From NCBI GenBank assembly GCA_027064305.1, contig JAMOPY010000023.1, positions 16,569 through 48,568 on the forward strand: DNA of 32,000 nt, written 5' to 3'. Position 1 is the first letter of the stretch, and every line of letters begins with the position of its first letter. A model generated the notes under the pieces. That model saw nothing but the letters and a program-made list of their open reading frames with translations. It did not search any database and had not been told where the DNA came from. The DNA comes from Methanobacteriota archaeon. GTDB taxonomy: Archaea; JAADCQ01; Methanopyri; Methanopyrales; Methanopyraceae. Made by a program: the position numbers and the translations under genes. Shown piece after piece: positions 7,829 through 15,222 of this stretch.

Positions 7829-8719
7829 ATGCCCCGAATCCTCCGCGTCGCCACCCGCTCCAGCCGGCTCGCCCTCACCCAAACGCGCGAGTTCCTGGAA
7901 CACCTCCGCAGCGAGCTCCCCCACGACGTCGAGTTCAAGCTGATCAAGACCCGGTCGAAGGGCGACCGCGTCCGGGACCGACCGCTCCACCGGCTCGGCG
8001 AGAAGGGGGTCTTCGTCAAGGCCGTCGACCGGCTCGTGCTGGAGGGGCGCGCCGACTGCGCCGTGCACAGCGCCAAGGACGTGCCCTCCGAGCCCGACTA
8101 CCCCGTCACCTTCGCCGCCGTACCCCCCCGCCGCGACCCCCGCGAGTGCCTCGTCTCGCGCACCGGGGCCCGGCTCAAGGAGCTCCCGAGCGGCTCCGTG
8201 GTGGGCACCAGCAGCCCCCGCCGCCGCGCCCAGATCCTCCTCGAGCGACCGGACCTCCGGGTCGAGCCCCTACGCGGGAACGTGGACACGCGCGTCCGGA
8301 AGGTGGAGCGTGGGGAGTTCGACGCCACCGTGCTCGCCAAGGTGGGGCTCGAGCGGCTCGGCCTGGAGGCCCGCATCTCCGAGGTGTTCGAGCCGGAGGA
8401 GTTCGTGCCGCCCGCCGGGCAGGGCGCGCTGCTGGTCACCTGCCGCCCCGACGACGACCGGACCCGAAGGCTGCTGGAGCACGGGGACGATCCCCGGAGC
8501 CGGGTCGAGGTGGAGGTGGAGAAGGAGATCGTGCGGCGGCTGGGGGTCGGCTGCGCCGAGCCCGTGGGCGTGTACGCCCGCGCCCGAGGGTCTCGAGTCC
8601 GGGTGGTGCTGAAGCTGCTCGACGGGGAGGGCACCCGGGCCCGACTGCTCAGCGAGCGCGGGAGCCCGGAGGAGGTGGTGGAGAGGATCGTCACCCGGGC
8701 CCGGGGAGCGTGGGCTTGA
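7829..8719 (+). CDS. hemC: Porphobilinogen deaminase (hydroxymethylbilane synthase)
   Basis: RVATRSSRLALTQT, IKTRSKGD, GEKGVFVKAVD, DCAVHSAKDVP, VGTSSPRRRAQ and LRGNVDTR are present. GGGAGGG SD lies 7 nt before the ATG. Confidence 0.9.
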   Translation: MPRILRVATRSSRLALTQTREFLEHLRSELPHDVEFKLIKTRSKGDRVRDRPLHRLGEKGVFVKAVDRLVLEGRADCAVHSAKDVPSEPDYPVTFAAVPPRRDPRECLVSRTGARLKELPSGSVVGTSSPRRRAQILLERPDLRVEPLRGNVDTRVRKVERGEFDATVLAKVGLERLGLEARISEVFEPEEFVPPAGQGALLVTCRPDDDRTRRLLEHGDDPRSRVEVEVEKEIVRRLGVGCAEPVGVYARARGSRVRVVLKLLDGEGTRARLLSERGSPEEVVERIVTRARGAWA

Positions 8720-9519
8720 GCGAGCGCGTCCTGTACCTCGTCGGGGCGGGCCTGGCCGACGTGCGGGACCTCACCGTCCGCGCCCTGAGGACGCTGGCCC
8801 GGGCGGACCTCGTGCTGGTGGACACGTACACGAGCGTGTACGAGCTCCGGGAGCGGGAGCTCCGGCGCCTACTGCGGGCGCTCGGACACGATCCCCCCGA
8901 GATCCGACCGTGCTCGCGGGAGGAGCTCGAGGAGCGGTTCTTCGAGGTGGTGGGGGAGGCCGAGCGGGTGGCCGTGCTCTCGCCGGGGGACCCGATGGTC
9001 GCCACGACGCACGCCACCCTGGCCGTGGAGGCCGCCCGGCGCGGCTGGTCGGTGAGGATCGTGCCCGGCGTGTCGATCCTCACCGCCGGGCCCGGTCGGG
9101 CGGGGCTGGAGCTGTACCGCTTCGGCCGGACCGCCACGATCCCGCTCCGCGTGCGGTCCGTGTACCCGTACGACGTGCTGGAGCGGAACCGGGACGCCGA
9201 CCTGCACACCCTGTTCCTGCTCGAGGCGGCCTCGGAGCGGGAGTACGTGTCCGTGGCGGACGCGGTCCGGTACCTGCTGGAGCTGGAGCGGGAGGAGGGT
9301 CGGGGCGTGGTCTCGCCGGACGACGAGGTGATCGGCGTGCTCCGGCTGGGGTTCGAGGACGAGCTGGTGGTCCGGGGGACGGTCCACGAGATGTCCGGGT
9401 GTTGGGACCCCGGGCCGCCGCAAGCTCTTATATATCCGGCCCGGCTGAGGGGGCCGGAGCGGGAGTTCCTCGAGCTCCTGGTCCCACACGTGCGAGACGC
9501 GCGGAGGCGTGGTGAGTGA
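8710..9519 (+). CDS. dphB: Diphthine synthase
   Basis: [56 protein letters not shown] and [11 protein letters not shown] are present. GTG at 8710 follows GGGGAG (alternative TTG 8716). It overlaps the end of hemC. Confidence 0.85.
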   Translation: MGLSERVLYLVGAGLADVRDLTVRALRTLARADLVLVDTYTSVYELRERELRRLLRALGHDPPEIRPCSREELEERFFEVVGEAERVAVLSPGDPMVATTHATLAVEAARRGWSVRIVPGVSILTAGPGRAGLELYRFGRTATIPLRVRSVYPYDVLERNRDADLHTLFLLEAASEREYVSVADAVRYLLELEREEGRGVVSPDDEVIGVLRLGFEDELVVRGTVHEMSGCWDPGPPQALIYPARLRGPEREFLELLVPHVRDARRRGE

Positions 9520-9878
9520 CCTTGGCCGAGGGTGAGGGTGGGGACTACCACGTCGTGCTGGAGGCCGCGTGGATCGTGTACAACGTGGACAGCGAGGACG
9601 ATGCCATCAACATCGCCATCGCGGAGGCCGGCAAGCGCCTGAACCGCCACGGCCTGGACTACGTGGACATCGACGTGGGCTTCTTCGAGTGCCCGGAGTG
9701 CGGCGAGGAGATCGAGGGCGTGTGGATCGTGGCCAACACCGCGCTGGTCAGGCTCCTCCTCTCCATGCGCGTGTTCAACGCCGAGAACGAGGAGCACGCG
9801 ATCCGGATCGCGAAGTACGAGATCGGCCAGGCGCTGGAGGACGTGCCGCTCGAGGTCGTGGAGGTCACCCCGATCTAG
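9516..9878 (+). CDS. UPF0212 / DUF555 family protein with CPECG zinc knuckle
   Basis: [30 protein letters not shown]...ECPECGEE...[32 protein letters not shown] matches the archaeal UPF0212 pattern. GTGA overlap with dphB. Confidence 0.7.
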   Translation: MTLAEGEGGDYHVVLEAAWIVYNVDSEDDAINIAIAEAGKRLNRHGLDYVDIDVGFFECPECGEEIEGVWIVANTALVRLLLSMRVFNAENEEHAIRIAKYEIGQALEDVPLEVVEVTPI

Positions 9879-10990
9879 AGCCGGTACCGCGCGATCACGT
9901 GCCCCCAGATCAGGGACGACAGCAGGGTGAAGGTGGCCAGCGCGAAGGAGTTCATCGCCCGCGAGAACAGGAAGGCGCCGATCAGGGACTGGATGGAGAA
10001 CGCCATCAGGCACCCGAACAGCAGGGCCTCCCGCGCCGCCAGCTCGGAGGAGAACTCGTACCGCCGGCGCCCCACGTACTCGGACAGGCACCTCGACCCC
10101 ACGTACAGCGTGATCCCGACCCAGAGCGACAGCAGGAACGCGCCCACGTACCCGAAGTCGAACGCCCAGACGAACACGCCCGGGAGCATGTAGTCCAGCA
10201 GGTCCTTCCTCGCGACCAGCGCGCCGTGCAGCGTGGGCACGTTCAGGTTGAACATGACCAGGTACCCCACGGGCAGCGTCACGAACCCGTCCCCGAACCC
10301 GCACCAGTGGTAACCCGCCGGGAGAGACTTGGTGGAGTGGCCCACCAGGTACGCGTTCTTGCGGATGAAATCCAGGCCCGGCACGGTGTACTCCGCGAAC
10401 CGCTTCACCCGCAGCGCCGGGCTGAGCACCGGCTTGTTCAACACCCGAGCCGCCGCCTCCATCAGCAGCAGGAGCCCCACCCCGATCGCGGAGACCGCGG
10501 CGATCACCCGCCGACTCATCTGGCCCGCGCGCGCGGCGAGGGCCCCGATCCTCGTCCCCACCTCCAGCTGCCGCGAGATCAGGTACTCGGTCCCGATCCA
10601 GCAGAGCAGCCAGGAGAGCAGGTAATCCCGGTGCATCACGCCCCCGAAGATCCCGGTGAACAGCCAGAGCGTGTTCAGCACCGGCCGGGTTCGGCGGGCC
10701 GCCGAGATCCCGCGCGCCTCCAGCAGGCCGATCAGGTACCGGGCCGAGGCCCACGCGGCGAGGGTCAAGGGCCCGAACGGGTGCGTGAACTCGTGCCTGG
10801 GGAGGGGGAGGAACAGCGACAGCATGTCCACGAAGAACATCAGCATCAGGACGGCCAGGAGGAGGATGGACAGGGACAGCACGCGCTGGATGGTCACGCT
10901 GGAGTAGGCCAGCGTGAGCGGGACCACGGTGTGGGTCATCAGGAGGAAGTCCACCAGCGCCTCGCCCGTGTTGTGCGGCACCAGGTACAA
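9875..10990 (-). CDS. Polytopic membrane protein (about 8-10 TM) of unknown family, last gene of the cell-wall cluster
   Basis: Multiple long hydrophobic segments plus one large loop ([51 protein letters not shown]). The TTG start lies 1 nt after the upstream stop, behind GAGGGTGG. Confidence 0.65.
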   Translation of the reverse strand: MYLVPHNTGEALVDFLLMTHTVVPLTLAYSSVTIQRVLSLSILLLAVLMLMFFVDMLSLFLPLPRHEFTHPFGPLTLAAWASARYLIGLLEARGISAARRTRPVLNTLWLFTGIFGGVMHRDYLLSWLLCWIGTEYLISRQLEVGTRIGALAARAGQMSRRVIAAVSAIGVGLLLLMEAAARVLNKPVLSPALRVKRFAEYTVPGLDFIRKNAYLVGHSTKSLPAGYHWCGFGDGFVTLPVGYLVMFNLNVPTLHGALVARKDLLDYMLPGVFVWAFDFGYVGAFLLSLWVGITLYVGSRCLSEYVGRRRYEFSSELAAREALLFGCLMAFSIQSLIGAFLFSRAMNSFALATFTLLSSLIWGHVIARYRL

Positions 10991-10991
10991 G

Positions 10992-12263
10992 CTACCACCC
11001 TCTCACGCGCCGGTACATCAGCTCCCTGACGCACCCCAGCACGATCAGGGTGACGCCCAGGGCGGAACCCACCAGGCCCAGCGCGTGCAGCACCTCCGTC
11101 GGCACGGGCGACTTCATCGGATGCTTCTTGTACCCGCGGGGTAGCGGTCGCATGTACACGGTGACCACGTTTGCCTTCTTCTCCACCTTCACGTCGCTCG
11201 GCAGCACGTAATCGTACCCCAGCAGGGTGTTGTTGTCGATCGCGTTGTCGATGGCCCGCGCGATGTCCTCAGGATCCCGCTTCCCGTGCTGGATCAGCGA
11301 CTGCACGATCTCCACGATGGTCGCCTTGTCGTGGGGGCCCCGAACCCCGTACACGCGCACCACCGGCTGGTTCCGACGCACGGTGATCAGGTCACGCGCC
11401 ACCTGCCAGGCGTACTCGGTCTTCAGCGGCGACCCGCACACCGGGCACCGCGTGTACCGGGCCGCCGTCGGGAAGGGCGCGCTCCACCCGCACTTGGTGC
11501 ACGCCTTCCGGTACGGGGCGTCCATCGGGAACCCCCGCTCGTTGAGCCGGGCGGGCACGAACGTGTCACCGGTGGAGAGGCCGGCGGTGATGTTCACGGC
11601 GCCGCCCCCGTACTTCTCACCGGACTTCTTGGCCACGTACCCCATCACCCGGGCGAGCACCTCCGTCGCCGGCAGCCCGTCCCGGATCATGCGGCCCGCC
11701 ATGATCGCCGCCTCGACGCGGACCCTCGTCGCCGTACCGTAGAGCGGGTTGCCCGGCGTGTTACGCAGGTGAATCACCGCGCACTTCACGTTCGGGGGGA
11801 TCTTGACGATGTTCGGGCCCGAACCGCTGTGATACTGCCGAATGATGATCTTGTTCCCCTTCACGAGGACCACGGCGATGTCGTAGCTACCGCCCACCAC
11901 GATGCCCCGGCGCGGTCCACCCACCAGCAGTCGATCCGTGGGCGACTTCTCGATCCCGGCCCGCACCGCCTCCTCCAGGGGCATCCCCAGCTCCAGCCGC
12001 CGAATGCACGCCAGGATCGCCTCCAGTCGCGCGGTACCCTTACCCAGACCACCCGCCAGCACGGCCACGTGCAGCTTCTTGGACACGAGGAACGTGGACT
12101 GGAACATGTTGGGGGCGAACGACATCGAGCCCGCGGCCGCGCCGTTCGGATCCTTGCCGCTGGGGTCGGTGATGACGATCATGTTAAACGTGGCCGAGGC
12201 GGCCGAGGGAAGCGCGACGAGCAGGGCCAGAACCGCGATCCACCACCGCTCGATGGTCCCCAC
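10992..12263 (-). CDS. Secreted, C-terminally membrane-anchored protein: Ntn-hydrolase-like N-terminus + Cys4 zinc ribbon + unknown domain
   Basis: A Sec-type signal peptide (WWIAVLALLVALPSAASA|TFNMIVITDPSG) would expose Thr as the first residue. CTKCG...CPVCG forms a zinc ribbon. The C-terminal TM helix is LHALGLVGSALGVTLIVLGCV followed by basic residues. The GTG start follows GAGGGGG. Confidence 0.65.
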   Translation of the reverse strand: MGTIERWWIAVLALLVALPSAASATFNMIVITDPSGKDPNGAAAGSMSFAPNMFQSTFLVSKKLHVAVLAGGLGKGTARLEAILACIRRLELGMPLEEAVRAGIEKSPTDRLLVGGPRRGIVVGGSYDIAVVLVKGNKIIIRQYHSGSGPNIVKIPPNVKCAVIHLRNTPGNPLYGTATRVRVEAAIMAGRMIRDGLPATEVLARVMGYVAKKSGEKYGGGAVNITAGLSTGDTFVPARLNERGFPMDAPYRKACTKCGWSAPFPTAARYTRCPVCGSPLKTEYAWQVARDLITVRRNQPVVRVYGVRGPHDKATIVEIVQSLIQHGKRDPEDIARAIDNAIDNNTLLGYDYVLPSDVKVEKKANVVTVYMRPLPRGYKKHPMKSPVPTEVLHALGLVGSALGVTLIVLGCVRELMYRRVRGW

Positions 12264-12269
12264 GCCCCC

Positions 12270-12689
12270 TCAGCGCGGCAGTCCGTAATCCTCGGTCACC
12301 CGGACGACCACGACCCCCGACCTCTTGACCGTGATGTGGACCGACTTGATGGGCTTGATCTTGGTGCCCGGGATCACGCTACGCATGGCGTAGATCCGAG
12401 CCTTACGAATCGCCTCCTGCAGCGGGATGCGCTTACCGTCCGGGGTGATCAGGACCCCGTTCCGCACGACCGACCCCGGGCGCAGTCCCGCCGCCATTAC
12501 GTTGCTCCTCACCACCTCCTCGGGCAGGAAGTCGCACCCGACCACGTCCACGCCGATGATCCTGATCCCCTCCTGCTTGGGCAGCGGCCGGCTCGCCCAC
12601 GCCGTGTACTCGGACAGTCGGCCCAACGCGAACAGGAGCGCGCCCAGCAGCATGATGGCCAGGTTACGCCTCGACACCCTGACTATCAT
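12270..12689 (-). CDS. Bitopic membrane protein with FtsQ/DivIB-like POTRA domain (tentative)
   Basis: MIVRVSRRNLAIMLLGALLFALG gives a short N-terminus and one TM helix. IRIIGVDVVGCDFLPEEVVRSNVMAAGLRPGS...IKSVHITVKRSGVVVVRVTED resembles the FtsQ POTRA pattern (I.V.G...ls.eeV......g.......V.s..V.r..P..l.I.V.E). The ATG at 12689 follows GGGGGTGGTGGG. The longer track ORF start is Cys/Trp/Arg-rich read-through. Confidence 0.5.
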   Translation of the reverse strand: MIVRVSRRNLAIMLLGALLFALGRLSEYTAWASRPLPKQEGIRIIGVDVVGCDFLPEEVVRSNVMAAGLRPGSVVRNGVLITPDGKRIPLQEAIRKARIYAMRSVIPGTKIKPIKSVHITVKRSGVVVVRVTEDYGLPR

Positions 12690-14142
12690 CGCCCACCACC
12701 CCCATCTCCCGCAGGATCCTCCGGGCCGGCTCCATCCCCTGCGCCCCACCCAGCAGCACGACCGTGTCCTCATCACTGAGCTCCAGCGCCCGCTCCAACG
12801 CCTCCTCCAACCGCTCGAAGTGCTCCCAGCTCACCCCACCGCGCCGCAGCTCCTCCAGGAACGCCTCCCGCTCCTCCTCCCGCACCACGTTCGCCTCGTC
12901 CACCAGGCCCTTCGAATCCGTGACCAGGATGCGCACCTCCATCCCCTCCCGCTCCAGCTCCCGGGCCCCCTCCACCAGCGCCCGCGCGATCTCCCGGTTG
13001 ATCTCCGTCCCGCGCGACCCTCGGATGGCGAAGACGATCACGGCCCGGCCCTTACCCAGCCTCCTCAACGCTCGCACCGTCGCCAGGACGCCGTCCGGGT
13101 TGTGACAGAAGTCGTCCACGATCAGCGGGTCCTCCGACAACCGCTCGAACCGGCGCTTCAGCGGCCGGTACGTGCGCAGCCCCTCCGCGACGTCCTCCTC
13201 CCCCACGCCCAGTGCGTGGGCGGCCGCGGTCGCGGCGAGCGCGTTGTACAGGAAGTGATCCACCGGCAGCGGGAACTCCCGAACGGGGATCAACGGCTCG
13301 TCCTCCAGCAGGATCCACTCCTCCCCGTCCACCTCGCTGATCCGGGCGACGCCCTCCTCCCACCCGTACCACACCACGTCCGGCGCGAGCGAGGCCATCT
13401 TCGCCACGCGCTCATCGTCCGCGTTCAGCACCGCGACCCCGTCCTCCAGCGCCCGCACCACCCCGGAGACGGCCTCCGCCATCTCCTCCAGCGAGGAGAC
13501 CAGGTTCGTGTGATCCACGCCCACGTTCGTCACCACGGCCACCTCGCAGCCCAGCGCCCGGGCCATCCGGTACGCGTGATCCTCCATGACCCGGCCGGTC
13601 GGCAGGCCCTGCACCTCCGAGACCTCCACGCACAGGGCGTCCCGCGGCCGGGCCTCGCGGAGCTCCATCGCCACGACGGGATCGATGAGCGTGTTCTTCT
13701 CCGACCGGAAGTCCGTGTTGCAGTACACGTCCCGGCCCGCGACCCGCAGGATGTGCGCCAGCAGGTGGTTGGTGGTGGACTTCCCGTTCGTCCCCGTCAC
13801 GCACACGGTGACGGCGTCGGCCGCGTACCTCCGCTTCGCCAGCCGCAGCGCGTACTCGTTCGCCCGATCCACCTCCGTCAGCACGAGCGGCAGGTCGCGG
13901 CGCCGGCACTCCTCCCGGAGCCGCCCCCGGGGCTCCTCGGTGACCAGGCACGCCACGCCGCGCTCGTCCGCCAGCTCCGCCCCGCGCTCGTCGAGCCACC
14001 ACCGGATCACCACGTCCCCCTCGCCCGCCCGGCCGAGCGTGGAGAACCAGCCGCGGATCCTCCGCTCGGGGTCCCCGACGACCAGCCTCCCGTCCACCCG
14101 CTCGGCCAGCTCCCCCACGGTGAGGTCCAGCAGCGCGATCAC
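12664..14142 (-). CDS. Mur-ligase family peptide ligase (MurE/MurF-like; pseudomurein-type)
   Basis: P-loop VCVTGTNGKSTT, VVTNVGVDHT, VLNADD, HFLYNALAATAAA, RRFE and DDFCHNPDG give the full three-domain Mur ligase layout. GTGA overlap with the upstream MraY-like gene. Confidence 0.85.
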   Translation of the reverse strand: MIALLDLTVGELAERVDGRLVVGDPERRIRGWFSTLGRAGEGDVVIRWWLDERGAELADERGVACLVTEEPRGRLREECRRRDLPLVLTEVDRANEYALRLAKRRYAADAVTVCVTGTNGKSTTNHLLAHILRVAGRDVYCNTDFRSEKNTLIDPVVAMELREARPRDALCVEVSEVQGLPTGRVMEDHAYRMARALGCEVAVVTNVGVDHTNLVSSLEEMAEAVSGVVRALEDGVAVLNADDERVAKMASLAPDVVWYGWEEGVARISEVDGEEWILLEDEPLIPVREFPLPVDHFLYNALAATAAAHALGVGEEDVAEGLRTYRPLKRRFERLSEDPLIVDDFCHNPDGVLATVRALRRLGKGRAVIVFAIRGSRGTEINREIARALVEGARELEREGMEVRILVTDSKGLVDEANVVREEEREAFLEELRRGGVSWEHFERLEEALERALELSDEDTVVLLGGAQGMEPARRILREMGVVGDDSQGVEA

Positions 14143-15206
14143 CCCGCGAGCCAGAGGGCGATGCCCGCGCAGACGGCGCCGGCCATCCAGTGCAGCGCCA
14201 CCACGACCGGCTCGGGCAGGTCGTACTTGTACTGGAGGTGGTGATGCAGCGGCTCCACCGCGAGCTTGATCACGCCCGCCCGGTGCAGGAGGCTGATGAT
14301 CGTGGACCCGACGGGCACGCCCAGGGCGACGACGGCGGGCACCTCGATCTTGTAGTACAAGGCACCGGCCGCGTACGCGGCCCCCAGGAAGCAGCTGCCC
14401 GTGTCACCCATGAAGATCTTGGCCGGGTACCGGTTGTGGAACAGGAAGCCCAGGGAGGCGCCGGCGAGCGACGCGAAGAACGCGGCCCCGGGGAGCTGGT
14501 TGTGGACCAAGCACACCCCGGAGCACGCCAGAGAGGCGAGGAACAGCAGCCCCGCGGCCAGCCCGTCCATCCCGTCGATCAGGTTCACCGCGTTGGTGGC
14601 CCCGACCACGCCGAAGATCGCCAGCGGGTAGAACAGCCAGGACAGGTCGATCGCGCCGAGGTGCGGGAACCAGAGCCACGTGGCGGGCACGATGGGGAGC
14701 ACGAACAGGGCGGCCCCGGCCTGCAGCGCCAGCTTCTCCCGCTCGCTCAGCTCCTTCTTGACCGGGACCTCACCCACGATCTCGATCTTGTCCGGGGCCT
14801 CCCGCATCAGCCGCTTCAGGTCCCGCTTGGCCCGCTCCGTGGCCACGCGCGCCTCCTCACCGGGCTGCAGCACGAGCCGACCGATCCGGATCGGCTCATC
14901 GGAAACGTTCTTCACCACCTTCTGAAACTCCTTCACCTGCAGCCCGAGCAGGTCGTCCACCACGCCCAGCACCAGCATCGGGAGCGCCGAGGCGACCGGA
15001 GGGAGCGCCTGGATCGACACCAGGAGCGGCCCCGCGACCGTGCCCAGCAGGATCCCGAACCCTCCCATGATCGGCGTGCCGGCCTTGTGCGAGTGCTCCG
15101 TGACGATCGGACGGTCCACCACCCTGGCCTCCCGCATGTACCGGCGAAGCAGCCGCACGGTGACCCAGGACGTCACCGTGGAGATCGAGAACGTCTCCAC
15201 GATCAA
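14139..15206 (-). CDS. MraY-type polyprenyl-phosphate phospho-sugar/peptide transferase (GT4 family)
   Basis: DRPIVTEHSHKAGTPIMGG, LGVVDDLLGL, NAVNLIDGMDGLAAG, HNRYPAKIFMGDTGS and the MraY-specific EPLHHH motif are present. The TTG start follows GGGGAGGAG. Confidence 0.85.
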   Translation of the reverse strand: MIVETFSISTVTSWVTVRLLRRYMREARVVDRPIVTEHSHKAGTPIMGGFGILLGTVAGPLLVSIQALPPVASALPMLVLGVVDDLLGLQVKEFQKVVKNVSDEPIRIGRLVLQPGEEARVATERAKRDLKRLMREAPDKIEIVGEVPVKKELSEREKLALQAGAALFVLPIVPATWLWFPHLGAIDLSWLFYPLAIFGVVGATNAVNLIDGMDGLAAGLLFLASLACSGVCLVHNQLPGAAFFASLAGASLGFLFHNRYPAKIFMGDTGSCFLGAAYAAGALYYKIEVPAVVALGVPVGSTIISLLHRAGVIKLAVEPLHHHLQYKYDLPEPVVVALHWMAGAVCAGIALWLAG

Positions 15207-15222
15207 CGCGCTCCTCCCCGCC

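Noticed and set aside
8691-10754. 687-aa minus-strand ORF spanning dphB, the UPF0212 gene and part of the membrane-protein gene
   Set aside because: Its Arg/Gly/Pro/Asp-rich low-complexity translation has no motifs. It runs antisense or out of frame to three ORFs with clear family signatures. This is a typical shadow ORF in stop-poor, GC-rich DNA.
9875-10990. Calling the 371-aa membrane protein an FtsW/RodA (SEDS) homologue
   Set aside because: The size and genomic position fit. However, I could not find the conserved SEDS sequence motifs by eye, so only 'unknown polytopic membrane protein' is supportable.
11842-11848. C-box-like ATGATGA (similar hits near 29050 and 31024) as C/D-box sRNA genes
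   Set aside because: All lie inside well-supported coding frames. No properly spaced D box (CTGA) or terminal stem was seen.
12427-14244. 605-aa plus-strand ORF opposite the MurE/F-type ligase. The same class includes 15040-16590, 16596-17651, 18086-19462, 19098-20810, 21122-22885, 26768-28411 and 4827-5873.
   Set aside because: All are His/Pro/Arg/Gln-rich antisense translations of genes whose sense frames carry unambiguous motifs (Mur ligase, ATP-grasp, GluRS, ArgRS, PhoH, NAD kinase). They show no independent coding evidence.
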